A stretch of DNA of 63,994 nt, counting the filler, from Streblomastix strix (taxonomy: Eukaryota), in NCBI GenBank assembly GCA_008636045.1. It is 4 parts of 4 records of this genome, joined end to end, with 100 filler letters (N's around TTAATTAATTAA, not from the genome) between each part and the next. Parts side by side here need not be neighbours in the genome. Positions count along the whole stretch, not along the records: positions 1 to 16,221 come from SNRW01000853.1; 3 more parts are not named here. The stretch is one strand, 5' to 3'. Positions within the stretch are counted from its first letter, which is position 1. The number at the start of each line of letters is the position of its first letter. The translations under genes and the position numbers were made by a program. The notes below the pieces were generated by a model. That model made no database searches, was not told the DNA's origin, and worked only from the letters and a program-made list of their open reading frames with translations. This document shows positions 1 to 13,330 of the stretch, piece by piece.

Positions 1-90
1 ACACAACAACAAAAAATGAGCAGCATCCACCAATACCACCTCCGTCACGAACAATGGCGAGCAATTAACAGAAGCCACCAAAGTGATTTG
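1..90 (-). CDS. Partial exon, Cys/Gly-rich peptide (possibly PLAC8-like)
   Basis: GC-richer patch; minus frame reads NHFGGFCQLLAIVRDGGGIGGCCSFFCCC and runs off the window edge. Confidence 0.3.
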
Positions 91-455
91 TATTATTTAT
101 TTATTTGTAAAATAAAACTTAATTTCTATTTGAGTTATATTTATTAAAAATTTGCTTTGCTTTTTGCTAAATTTTGTTCTGATAAAATATCAAATAGACT
201 GAGAAAAACAATAAAAAATTTTATTACTTTTCAAAATTCAGTCATAAGTTCAAAAATAAATATATTAAGTATGAATTTTAAGAATTTTAGTTAATTTTAT
301 AATTTATTAGACCTTGAGTAAAAAATATTTTTTACTCAATATAAAAAACAAGAATAAAAGATAAATCCACTTCATAACATTTCCATAATCCTGCTTATTA
401 TTATTCATTTTTATCTTATTCTAATAATTCATTTATCATCAATCTAATCATCATC

Positions 456-3124
456 TCATAATTTATTTATTTAACTTAATTGAAATTTATTCGAATCAAT
501 ATCTTCATATTCTCCTTCATTTTCAATTTATTCACAAATATTTTGAATCATTCCATTTATTTCTTTGGCTTTATTTTCTATTTCTTCTTCTTTTTCATCA
601 TCCCAATCCCAATTATCTCCAAGTTCATAAATATTTTATTTATTCATCATTATCTTTATTTTCTCTTTTATTGTTAATGCAACTTTCTTTTTAATATTCA
701 TTGACCCAAAATGTAGCATTTGGAGAATTAAATTAAGATAATCAAGTAATTTATAATCTTATATAATTAATAACTTATCAAAATTATTTCCCATAATTAT
801 ATCAAGGTTATCTATTAATTAATAAATAAGAAATAATAATAAATTAAAAATTGCAATTAAAAGTTAAGTTATAAAAGATTATAAAGTTATAAAATAAATT
901 ATAGAATTAAATAAAAATAATTATATACCTTAGCACTCAATAAGTAGCAAAAGTTCATTAATTTATTAATTTTAAATAAGTTTATCAACAACAAACTTAT
1001 TAATTTCCAATGGAAGTGGTTATGCTTTAAATAAGTTGGAGAATATTATAATAGTATCTTAGTTAACATATTATTTATCTTCACTATTCGTTATTTATAT
1101 TAATTATTAAATTGTTCCATCTTCATTTAATTATTTGAAATATGGATGTTACTATTATTATTATAATTCTTTAGATTTAACTTTAATAATATTATTAATT
1201 ATTTATATTGCATCATTTCTAATATGCTAATCTTTCGAGCTTAATATTTTAATCATCACTTAAATAACTCCTTTTTCAAACAGTTTCTTCATTTGTTCAT
1301 TTGGAATTTGTTGAGAAAATAATAAAAGTGGTTAAATATCATATGAGTTGATTTTATCAGTCTGCAATGTGTTGATTAAATTAATATTTTAATCAATGAA
1401 TTATGTCTCATCAATTATTATTCTACTTATTTCAGGTTTGTTATTGATTAATGATCTAATAATATCTCCAAAAATTTTCATTTATCCTTCATTTACATAT
1501 TTTTTTTATAAATCATAAATTATTTCATTTATTTTATTAATCAATCCATATTTTATTAATTCAATTAATTATTTTTCATTTCTTCTATTAACAATTCTTT
1601 CAATATTCTTTAATTCAACCATTAATTCTGGATTTTTATTGCTATTAAGAAGTTATTTAATACGAAGTAGACCTATATTCTTATTTTAATCTACAGTCAT
1701 AATATTCTTATTTTATTCTTATTATGATATTAAACTTTAAATTAATAATTTATCTTTTTCTGATCCAAAAATATAAAAATTTTAAAGTGTTTATAGAGAA
1801 TTTTAGTTTGCATAAGTTTGATATTTTAATGTTGAGAAATATTTCATACTATAATTGCAATATAATAATATTTAACGAAAATAAATTAATAATAATTATA
1901 TATTTAATTTTAATATTTTAATAAGTTAATTCAAACTTAAGCTAATCCATAACTGCTTCAATTCCACCCTCGCTGATAATCATTTCATGATTCTCTATAA
2001 GTGAATAAGAAAATAAAATATTATAATATGTTATTTTGTCTTCTTTATTTTATTATTAAATAATACTAAAAAATTCTTTTCAATTATTATTATTCATTAA
2101 ATTATTATTTATAAACCTTAATTTATAGCTAACTAAGAAAGAAAATCAATTGAATAATGTCTTTCATGTACATCTTCTGATTTCGATTATTCACAAAATT
2201 ATTTGATTACATCCTATTTAAGATTAGATGGAAGCTTAATTCCTTCAGGATAAATATTATCGAGAATATACCATGCAGACATACTAATCTTGTAATGCAT
2301 ACCATGAGTTATTTAACTAATTATATAGTTTATTATTCCTTTTTATTCTAAATAAGTGTGATATGGATGTTATATTGGTTGATGAATTAGTTATTGAAAA
2401 TTAATTTGCGATGATGAAGAAGATTAAATTTATTATGACTATTTCCATCCATTAATAATTATATATCCAATTATTCCTAGAATTCTTAACTCGGTAAAAA
2501 ATCCACCATAAAAATTTTTGGAAATAATATCTTAAATGATTCCAGTTTAATATAATTAATGAGTTTATTCAGATGATGCTCTATTTAAAATCGTACTTAT
2601 CATTTCCAATAATTATTCTGAATTATTTCGTTTAAGTAAATTTAATAATTCAATCATCAGATGAGATTAAAATATTAATTAAAGATCTGATTATTTTCTT
2701 AATATTCTAGATTTATATTTAAACATTTCAATAATATTATTTATTATTTAGTTATTAATATTCTTCATTTCTTCTGTTAATGGTTCTTCTTATTATTATT
2801 CAATTGATCGAACAAATTTCAATGCCTAGGCAAGTTAGCTAAATAATCCCAAGGATGATTATGGTCTTTTAATTTATTTTATAGCTTTTATTTATTCATT
2901 AATTTCACTTATCTTTTATTATGAGATTTGTTGTGTTGGAGGTAGAATAAAATCTGATTATTGTTCCCCATCTATTTATTAACTTGATAATTATTATGTT
3001 TGTGGTTCTTGTTCTTAATGGGATGAATCTGAAATAATAAATAAAATAATAATAAATAAAAATATATTCGAAATTAAACACAATTTAATAAACCTTCACT
3101 TTTCTTTGACATGATAGCAGTCAT
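456..3124 (-). CDS. ARM/HEAT-like helical repeat protein (lineage-expanded family), about 3 introns
   Basis: With TAR=Gln: ATG 3124 MTAIMSKKSE; introns near 3029-3093, 1997-2117 and 815-928; motifs NHEMIISEGGIEAVMDQL and LFEKGVIQVMIKILSSKDQHIRNDA; duplicated HPY and (H/I)FGS motifs; TGA 456-458. Confidence 0.7.
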
Positions 3125-3377
3125 ATTGAATTCTATTTTTGTAAATAAAAGATATTTAATAAATTCAATACCATTTTTTAGAAATATATATATAATTGCA
3201 AATCGAGTAGTTAGATAAATAACTTTATTTTTTAAAATTAATTAATTCGCATATTTTAAAGTCATTTTTTTTTACATTATTTATTCATTTTATATATATA
3301 TAATATAAATTTTAAGTCTATTAAATTGTTACAAATCCAATTTTGGGTTACATGAGTAGTATAGTTTGAAGAAGTCT

Positions 3378-3710
3378 GGTACAAGTCCAAAAATATATAT
3401 ATTATAACCAATTCATCCACGCCAACATCGATATTGACAAATTGGTTAAAATAAATAGTATTTTGGACTTGTATCAAGCATTCCTCATTGATGGTAACAC
3501 AAGTTAGAACACTATTGAAAACATCAATTTGTACACACTTGTATTAGTGCTGATAAATTGATCCAAATCAATAGTGTTCTAACTTGTTATACCATTAATT
3601 CCCACAATATTCAATAATCATAGCATAAATTCGTTACAAGTCAATAACACTATTGTTTGCCATTGGTGTGGATAAATTGATTCAAATCAATAGCGTTTTG
3701 ATGGTACTTA
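3378..3710. repeat. Array of three related imperfect hairpins
   Basis: Perfect inverted arms TACAAGTCCAAAA 3380-3392 / 3461-3473 and ACAAGTTAGAACACTATTGA 3499-3518 / 3568-3587, each with an inner stem; a third degenerate unit at about 3636-3707. Confidence 0.8.
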
Positions 3711-3987
3711 ATATATTTGTGATATGGGATAGCACTAGGGTTTGCGTTGTGTGTGTAGAAACTGGATTAATAAAAAATTTTAGTGTATGGATCAATGGTA
3801 GTATCGAACTGGTATATTATTGTGTATATTGAATGATATTAATTATTCAACTAAGTACTATAAATTGTATATATAAATGTAAAGGATTAATGAAATAAAA
3901 TTTTACGTTTTTCGATAATTGAGCGTTATGGTTCAGGGATTTAATTGTTTCGTTATATTAAGAAACTAATAATTATATGTAAAATAA

Positions 3988-4998
3988 ATGAAAAAACGAA
4001 TAGTATAATTTATCGATGACAAAACATTCAAAGTTGATAAAATATAATTATTGGATTTCATAATAAATTTGAACTTTATATTTAAAGAGCAGTTTTATAT
4101 TAGTAATTTGGAGGAATAATTCGAAGATAAAATTATATCTTAATAGTATAAGATTTATTTCGATAATTATTAGAAATATCATGTGGAACGAGTAAAATAA
4201 AATGCAAAACCATAATAATAAAAGATTAAAATAAAGCCAAAAAGGATAGAGAACCCGTTTAGAAGCAAAGCTTTAGATAAAACAGTGATAGTTTAAGACA
4301 TTAAATTGAAACCATTAACAAAGTATCAAAGACAGTATTTTTCACCTGAGATATGGAGCTGGAAAATTGATATAATATTTATTATGCGTCCAACAATTAA
4401 TAAAGTAATTCAATAATATTTGTTTTAAATTAACATTAACACAAAATATGTAATGACATATCCAATTATAGACAAATCAGCGGATTAATTGTTAAAGTGC
4501 ATTAAATAATTAAAATCTACGTGAATCATTAGTAATATCAGATCTGTTGGAGAATCGGTTTTAGGATGTAAATAGAGAAATAATTATCTTAATAATAATG
4601 ATATCAAATATTTCTATAACTCATCACCATTCATTAATAACCAATTATAGTAGGTAGTTAATGATTACAATAATACAAAACATTCTGATTTTAAATTAAA
4701 ATTCACACCTTAATAAGTTAACAAAAATAAAGATCTAGAAAGAAAATATGTTTGAAAACATAAGAAGAAATCAACTGATGTAAAGGAATTACAAAATAAA
4801 GATAATCTATTAGATTTAAATAAAGGTATTAAAATTACAATACATCTGAATTTAAAAAAGACTTCTCACAGATTCGAGAAATTATGTAGATAATTAAATG
4901 AAATTGAATATATCAAAGAAGGAAATGAATTTTTCAACGATGGAATTGAAGAATTTTATTGTGGAAAATTCGATCCATTATTAAAAATTTAATTGTGA
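3988..4998 (+). pseudogene. Retroviral-type (rve/DDE) integrase of Polinton type, inactivated
   Basis: WSWKIDIIF...YLFQININTKYVMTYPIIDKSADQLLKCI...NIRSVGES...VNDYNNTKHS...FTP; second catalytic D appears replaced by V, the catalytic E helix appears deleted; in-frame TGA at 4522 and 4753. Confidence 0.8.
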
Positions 4999-6196
4999 AA
5001 ATAAACTTTTGTTAATAAATATTATATTTTAAAATAAAAATAAAACCAAAGAAAGTATATTGATTTTAATAACTTGGAAAATTTATGATCTTTGTTTATT
5101 TAATGTTTACACACATGGATTCGTTACTAATTGATTAAAGCGATAAGTTTACACTTTATGCTTATAAAATAAATATAATAATTTTAAACATTTATAATTA
5201 TTAATTTAACAATATTCATCTATCGTTTCTTTTTAATATGGAGCAATGGTTTCGGATGCTCATAGATAGTATAATAAATAATTAGTGAAAAATTAAAAAT
5301 AATTTTAACTGAATGAGAAAAATTAATTATATAATAATAATATTGATATAAGTAACATTTACACTTCATAAAATTAAAGATTAAAATTTTATAATTTTAA
5401 AAAAATAAAATTTGAACAAATTTAATTTAACTAACATGTTAAAAATAAAATTAGATAAATTGCATGTTCAGTTTTTAAATTATGGTTAGTGCTCTTGGAG
5501 GCTGGGCATAAAAAAACATTCAATATTTTCCGCAAAATTTTTTTTCAAAAAACGGAAAGTACAAAAATTCCGAAAAGTTTGGGCGTTCATAATATAAATT
5601 CTTTTATATCAACTTTGAGCACAAATTTAACATGAAAAATTTAAAATCAAATTTCGCTACATCATTTAGATTGTGAATTGGATTTACCATCAAATCAAAA
5701 TATAAATATAATAATAAATATTATCATATATTAATAATTGTTTAGTAGTTATGAGAATATGGAGAGTGCCCCACATTGAAAAATTAAATAAAATAATGTT
5801 AAATAAATAATAATAAATAATAATAATAGTAAGTAGTAAATAATGATAAGCCAAAATCTGAATTTGAATAATGCAAAAGAAAATAAGCACTTGAAATAAA
5901 TTAATGTTTGACAATATATAGAATGATTAATGAAAGCGGATATTGGAAACTATTAATGAAGTTGATTAATGATTTATGACTTTTGAACGTATGGCACTCT
6001 CCATGTTCTCATAATTACATAGGGCAATTAATGAAACTGGATTGAATGAAATTACATCTGAATTTCAATGAATGAAATTTTATTTGGAAACCTAAAATTT
6101 ATTGACGAAACCATTGATAATTGAACATAAAATATTGAATATTTATGAAATCATTAGTGAAACTATTATTATATTTTGAACGTCTCATAGTCAATG

Positions 6197-6390
6197 CTGC
6201 GCTGTTCCGAGTGTTCTAAGTTATAAAACATAAACAAATTTATTGAAAATGATTCGAAGAAATGGAATGGATTATGAATGACGTTTGACTGTTCCGAGTA
6301 TTCCGAGTCAGTAACTTTCATAAAAAGCTATAACCAACTGGACTAGTGGCCAATAGTTGTGAAAAAATAAATTTGATTCGATGTTTAAAA
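6197..6390 (-). repeat. Intergenic module, copy A (inverted relative to 8861)
   Basis: GCGCTGTTCCGAGTGTTC...GTTCCGAGTATTCCGAGTCAG...CCAACTGGACTAGTGGCCAATA. Confidence 0.85.
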
Positions 6391-8760
6391 CGTTAATATC
6401 TTCGTTAATGTCTTGGTCTTATTCACTTAATCTATCATATAATTTTATTAAATCTTCATTCAATTTATATACCCATGTTCGTTTTCCCGATACTGCTTTT
6501 TATATTCTTTGACATTCATTTTATATTTGTAATTAGAATGATTTTTTTTAGCATCGAATGGTTCGAATTATAGTGCAATAGTATAAGGCACGCTTTCTTT
6601 AAAAGCTTGATAATTTTATAAGATTACATCATCAAATTTTGAACGGGATGCTCTAATTATATCCTTTTTCGTCTCTGTAAATGGAATGACTCTTTAATTC
6701 TTGCCTTCAATATTTCGGGTGATAAAATAGGTAAATAAAATATTATAAAATTCAGTAGTGAAGCCATTAGATAGAGATGTGAAATATTAAACGTCGTTAC
6801 TATAAGATGCGTTACACCCATATACAACATAACGTCTATCATTAGCTTCAATCTTGATAGGGAAATCGTTTTTAGTAATCATTACCAAATTCACTACATT
6901 TTCTGATGTTTTATGAGGTAAATTTTTTTCATTTATTCTTATTTTATAATTTGTTATTATTGACTTCTACGCGTCTATATTTGAATATCTCGCTTCTCCA
7001 AAATTATTTAGTTCATTGGCTATTCTAAACATTATATTTTCAACGGCAGAATTAAATTAACCTGTAAATTCCCTTTTATCAGTAATATTTTTAATTGAAT
7101 AACCAGTCAATAATTCGCATAAAACAACTGTAAATCTGTTCTTGCTTATTCTTTAACTGCCTTTTAATATCAATGCCACCTCCGATTTTACACTTTCATT
7201 TTATATAACAAATGCAATCCAATTTAGGACATAATTATATAAATTTTCATCTTCTGCTGCTATTATTTCATATATTAAATTTAAGTTATCATTAATTAGG
7301 TCTTCATTAACAGAGGATAATTATTAAAATTTAAAGCTTTTAAATATGCTGAAAACATCTTAATCATCGTTCATAAATTTTATTGTTCTCAGTGCAAATA
7401 AAGAACTATATTTTTCTAGAACATGTTTTAATGATATTTTCTTTTATCCATCTTCCTATAATCTAACTACTTACAACAAATCATATGCTGCTGTTATATT
7501 CAAGTATTAAATTTTATTCATTTAATTAACTGCATCGTATTATTTAGCTATAACTACCTACCCACCATCACATGGAGCATATCGTAATATTCTGGTTAAG
7601 TCCTGAGCTATTGGTTCATATTCATTATATTTATAGATGCCATTTTATAACTTTTTTTAACATGTCGAATAATGTGAAACTATCTTTTTAATCAATTTTT
7701 TAAACTTCAATTTAATTTTTACAACTTTTTCATTCACTAACATAGGCATTACATATTCATTATAATATTTTGGATTGTATTTTGTAATTATTTTTTATAA
7801 AACGAATTGATGTGATTATTTTTATACGTAACGTTTTTTAGCTACATCAAATAATTATTTGGCTCTCTTTGTTAAATTAATATTATTTATATTTTATCAT
7901 ATGTATCTTAAATATATTGATTATCAATTCCTTCAATATTAGTTATACTACTAATTGCTGCAAATAATGGAAATAAAGTTAATTTATAATTTAAATTATG
8001 ACACTATGAGTCGTTATATATTTCAAGACCACTAATTCCTTTACATAACATAATCACGAAATCCTTTTTCATATCGATTAATCCAGTTGGTTATATTAAC
8101 GGTTTTTCTTACTCTTTATGCTATTCCTTTTAATTTGACATGGCTTATTAATTAACATCTAAATCTATTCCAAATATGTACAAAATTTGTCCTAATTCAC
8201 CTAAATTTAATTTATTTAAATAATCTTTTATAGCTTCATATTAATATAAAATTTTAATTTCTCCAATTTATTCGTTCTAATCTTCCATTAATTTTGTTGC
8301 TTTAACTCTATCACGTATTTTTGACCCACATTATATAATCCATCTTTGTTTATCATCAACACATGCAAATATATCCACATTAAAATTATCACATTTATAA
8401 ACTTATATATTTAACGTTTTTTATAATTCAAATCCATTGTTATCTCAATAGATATACAATCCTCTATGTGCGATTCTGACTAATCCCTCATCTGAAGGTA
8501 TTTATTTAAAAGATGTTCTCGAATTTATTTTTAAATTAAATTTTCTAAATTTTTATTTATATTAATATCAACAACAGTAAGATTTTAACATTTTGATATA
8601 TCGATTACTTTACCTGAACATGATTTGCCTGTCTTATCAATGATTGTAAATTTATTATAATCATAAATATTCACATACAAATTTTAGATACGTTCTTGAA
8701 TTGTTAATGATTGGCATAGTTTGTGCTTGATTGTCTTTAGACTCTATTTAAATATTGCTA
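6380..8760 (-). pseudogene. Primase-polymerase-like N-terminus fused to D5-like superfamily 3 helicase, degenerate
   Basis: C-terminal VALILKGSQRISKNRF (decayed Walker A), FRIANEL (Walker B), RINEKNLP, LVMITKNDFPIKIEANDRRY (sensor and arginine finger); N-terminal LVRIAHRGLYIY* resembles the prim-pol GxHxY motif; TGA at 8445 and frameshifts. Confidence 0.8.
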
Positions 8761-8860
8761 AAAAGTTGAATTAAATAATAATAACCTCCAAAATTTTTAA
8801 ACAAGATTAAAAATTTTAAAATTAAATTTTTTTCTCGCATATGTTTTTTTTATTAATAAA

Positions 8861-9195
8861 TTGGCCAGTTGTCCAGTTGGTCACAGCTTTCTATAAAAAT
8901 TTCTGACTCGGAACACTCGGAGTATTCGGAATACTCAAAAATCATTCATTATCTATTTCATTTTCTCGTGCCAAAATCTATAGTTTCATTGATGTTTAAT
9001 GACTCGGAACACTCGGAACAGCGCATCCTAAACTATAAACCTTCAATAAATTAAGTTCAAAAATCACTGATGAAGTCAATTAACGATTTGGCCAGTTGTC
9101 CAGTTTGCCCCATCTTTTTATAAAAATTTCTGACTCGGAACCCTCGGAACACTCAAACGTCATTCATTAACCAATCCAATTTCTCGTGCCAAAAT
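8861..9195 (+). repeat. Intergenic module, copies B (8861-9025) and C (9088-9195, partial) in tandem
   Basis: TTGGCCAGTTGTCCAGTT...ATAAAAATTTCTGACTCGGAACACTCGGA...TTTCTCGTGCCAAAAT occurs twice; GACTCGGAAC occurs three times. Confidence 0.9.
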
Positions 9196-9567
9196 AATAA
9201 GCTTTTATATTGCAAAATTCGGATTTATGAACAGTTCAAGATTTCGATTTAAGCATCATTTTTGAACTATTCATATCAACATTATATATAAATATGATTC
9301 CCAATGCTGAATGAAAACAATAATTTTTAGCTTAATTCTTGCATCTTTTTTTTACAGTCTCAATATATAGAAATTAAAAATTTAAAAATGAATAAAAAAT
9401 AACTTTATTTTTGTAAAATTTTAAAATTATTTTATATTCAACTATATACGCAATTCATATGCGTTGATTCCGAAAATGACCTTTATAGCTCAATCTAATT
9501 CTATTGATTAACCTCAATTTTCAACTTTATTTTTCTTGAATAATTAATAATTTATATCATGATTAAA

Positions 9568-10181
9568 ATGTTGAGTCCAAGAATGTAAACAATTAGCTAA
9601 CTAAATAATGTTTCACGTACAGATTCAATAGCCATTCTAGATGTTGAGCCATAATTCGAAAAAGAAGCTGCTGCTTAATAAACAGACTCGTTTTAATAAC
9701 CGTTTTAGGAGCAAGCCATTAGACGCGAAACGCTCACTTTGTTCACAAGGCGCTGAAGTTCAATTTTTGAAGAAACTTTAACACCTGACCCATCAGTATG
9801 TCGATAGCTCCCAGATATCATTAGTAAAGGCGAACACATGATAAAAAATCGATGCATTTCGTATAATCTGAAAATTAATTGGTTCCGGTTGTTGCTTATA
9901 CTTTTGATGTTCCAGAAAGTAAAATTTAATTAGATATACAAGATGAAGGATGTTGTGGTAGGTTTTGCAATGACTTCACATAAACATTAAATGAGATATC
10001 GATAGGGAATATTAATGTTCTGAAGCTCTACGTCGATAAAGTAAATTTACTAAGAGGTTGCTATAAAATTTATTTGTAAAAAATTAGAAAAACAACAAGT
10101 ATTTTAGATTTAGGTGAAATAACTAGTAAAATTATTAGTACTGTATCAAAAGGATTAATGACTGTGTTAAATAAAATTTGA
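9568..10181 (+). pseudogene. Hypothetical element protein, interrupted
   Basis: MLSPRMQTISQLNNVSRTDSIAILDVEPQFEKEAAAQQ..., one in-frame TGA and a frameshift near 9845, then LVPVVAYTFDVPESKIQLDIQDEGCCGRFC...NKI* (TGA 10179-10181). Confidence 0.5.
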
Positions 10182-10331
10182 AACCTCTTAATTAATTATT
10201 TCTATTTTCATAAAATAGACGGTGAGTTGCGTATGTTCGATGTTGTTTTAAATCATGATTAGACACTTTATAGTTCAAGTAAGTATAACATAATAGGTTT
10301 AGTTAGTGAGGTCAAAAATATATAAAATTAA

Positions 10332-13123
10332 ATGAATATAATTAGTAAAGCACCACAACCTTATAATCGTGAAGAAATAGATGAAATGCCAGATGAAAAA
10401 TTAAATTTATCCAAATAAATTGATGCTTAATCAAATACGGAAGATAATACTTTACTAGCACTCATAGCCGATAAAATAGAGCTCATTAATGCATATTCAA
10501 AGACTGAAACTGAAGCATTACTCGAAGACGAATTAAATATAACAGATTAAATCGATGCTTACACGAAAGCATAAAACGATGAATTGTTAGCAGTAAAATT
10601 AAATATATCTGATAAAATCGATGCATATAATTAATAAGAAGATGATGGTCTGCCGTTGATGAAAGCTGAAACAACCGAATTAGCTTAATACGTTGATTTG
10701 CAATCAGCTCAAACAATCATTGGAACTAAACAATTTGAAAATATTTCTGAATTCTCCAAATCAAAACTATCTAAAAATAATGCTTCTGTTCTTCTCGTTG
10801 GAGGTGGTGATATGTTGGACAGTACTTTGGTTTCAAAGCTATAATTATTGGAAGTGCGAGATATTGCTATAGACTGGTCGAAAGGATATATTCTCTCAAC
10901 ATAAGGCGAGTTGAATGATTGGATGGCAGTTCCTGATAATGTAGCTTTACTAACAATTAGAGATAATTTATGTATTGTCGATTCATAGATAACGGATTAC
11001 TGGTTATATGGAACTCAACTCAAAGAATTAGAAACATAACAACCTGATAAGAGTAATATTGTATCATCTCTCTGAATTTATTAGTACATGCAAAAAATAA
11101 ATCATTCGTTGATGCTGATACCGATTAATCAATAACTGGATAAAATTCATTCACAACAACTATTCACTCAGTTGGTATAACATATTAAGATTATGATAAT
11201 TCGAATGTTATTCTTGCAGGTTGTGGATTTCGAGAAATAGCAGATGTTTAGAGTGCGTCATATTCAAAGGCATAAGACGATGCGCTTTTGTTCATGAAGG
11301 CGGATAAAACATAATTAATTGACTCTTATAATAAAACAGAAACAAATTAAAAATTGTCTCCCAAATTAAATATTTCAGATTAAATTGACGCGTACTCAAA
11401 ATCATAAGATGATGCACTCTTGTTGCTGAAGGCTGATAAAACATAATTAATTGACTCATGCATTAAACAGAAACAAATAATTTAATAAATGATAAAACGA
11501 ATCTATCGGCGACCTATATAAACACAGAAACAGATTAATTGATATCATAAATTGATGTTGGTGATGTTGATTTGAGCAGCAATTACACGAAAACAAAAAC
11601 CGATGAATTATTAGGTGACAAAGCTGACACAACCGATTTGGATGATTATGTCTCATTAGGCACCGCATAAACAATAAATGCAAATATAACGTCTAATAAT
11701 GCTTGCAGATTTATCTGTTCTATCGATTAAATGTCTTCAATAACTGGCGTTTCATTTATAAAATCAGGTACAGATGATAGTGTTGTATTACTTGGTACAA
11801 GTGGAACAAAACTAATCTCTGAATTCGGAGGTGGAACTATTGATGATTCAAATTATGTGAAGAAAACAGGCTAAGATTTATAAATAGTTGAAGCATTTAT
11901 CAGAAAAAGAAAAAATGAAGAAGAATCGAATTATGGAGATTATTTAATAAGTGGTGAGTTAAATGCAAATTATGTTGATAAAACCACAATTCAATCAATC
12001 GGTGGAACTAAAACACTTACGAGTAATATTACTGCTTCTGGATTTGCAAAAACGGGTAAGGATGATACATCTGTTCTTCTAACTGATGGTGGTAATGCTT
12101 TGATATCATCATTTTGTAACTTTGAAGATTAAACATCAACGATCACGAATAAATCTTCATTAATAAATTTTAATAGAAAGAATTATTATCAAACTGGTAG
12201 ATAATACATCTTCCATTGCTAAATAATAAACTGCAGTCGCTGATTCTTAGGAGGCCGTAGCTAAGACTCGACATAATTATTTAACTGATAATATTAAATT
12301 AATTAATTAGACATACATACATAATATTAACATAATCGCATATATAATCGTTGATGAGCCAATGGTATCATTCAGCTCTAAATCGATATTGAAAAATTAT
12401 TTAACGAATATATATAATGTTTTTTCAACAATGGATAAAGAAATAATTCCTGAATTAACAAAAGTATTTCCAGTGCATCCTGTTTAAGCTGAATACGTAG
12501 GAAAATTGCCTATTGGAACGGTAGCTTCAAGGAACACGGCATTTTAAGTTGATTTTAGTGGAACATAGACTAAACTTGAAGTTTAATTTAATGGAATTTA
12601 TACGCTATCTAAAAATAAGCCAGATAACGCAACAGATATCAGAGCAGTTGATGAAAAATAACCAATCTCATCAAGCGATGAAGTTATAATGAAACATGAT
12701 TTAATTACGTATCAACCTTCAACCGGATATTTGATTGAAAATTATTTAGATTAGTTGTAACTCATTAATGGATTTGGATTGGTGATAGATTATGGTTTGT
12801 TTTAGGTCATAACAATAAATGGAGATGCAAATAATAAATTTGTTGTATTTAATTTATATCTAGGGAAAAGTCATACTCAATCAGACACAGCTACATAATA
12901 TGCAATCGTTCTACCTAATGCAATATTACCGCTAACTTGTAAGAGTTTTAATACTATCATTATGCAAACCATTACATCACAATCTAAATTCAAAGCATCA
13001 AACAGTTATTGCCAAATAATAACAACATATGAAATTCTTTATTTTATTTTCGGGAATTACGTTTATGGTTAATTGATTGCAGGTTATCATTATACAACTA
13101 ATGGATGCTATTATTTAAACTGA
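10332..13123 (+). pseudogene. Phage tail-fibre-like repeat protein with a beta-rich C-terminal region (one or two decayed ORFs)
   Basis: Repeated IDAYSKxEDDALLLLKADKTQL units; YVDLQSAQTIIGTKQF and YVDKTTIQSIGGTKTL repeats; KSGTDDSVVLLGxxG and KTGKDDTSVLLxDGG repeats; several stops and frameshifts; final frame ends GYHYTTNGCYYLN* at 13123. Confidence 0.75.
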
Positions 13124-13140
13124 ATGCTTATAGTTTGGGC

Positions 13141-13330
13141 TACGCTGTTTCGAATGTTCCGAGTCATAAATCATTAACGAAATCTATGAAAATGGCGCGA
13201 AGAATTTGATTGGAAAATGTATGACTTTTGAGTGTTCCAAGTGTTCAGAGTCAGAAACTTTTATAAAAAGCTGTGGCCAACTGGACAACTGGCCAATAAT
13301 TGAGAAAAATAAATTTGATTCAAATGTTAA
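13141..13330 (-). repeat. Intergenic module, copy D (inverted relative to 8861)
   Basis: CGCTGTTTCGAATGTTCCGAGTCA...GGCGCGAGAA...GAGTCAGAAACTTTTATAAAAAGCTGTGGCCAACTGGACAACTGGCCAATAA. Confidence 0.9.

Noticed and set aside
8861..9195. Repeat-spacer look of GACTCGGAACACTCGGA units as a CRISPR array
   Set aside because: Irregular spacing, intervening sequences are themselves repeated, eukaryotic context and no cas genes
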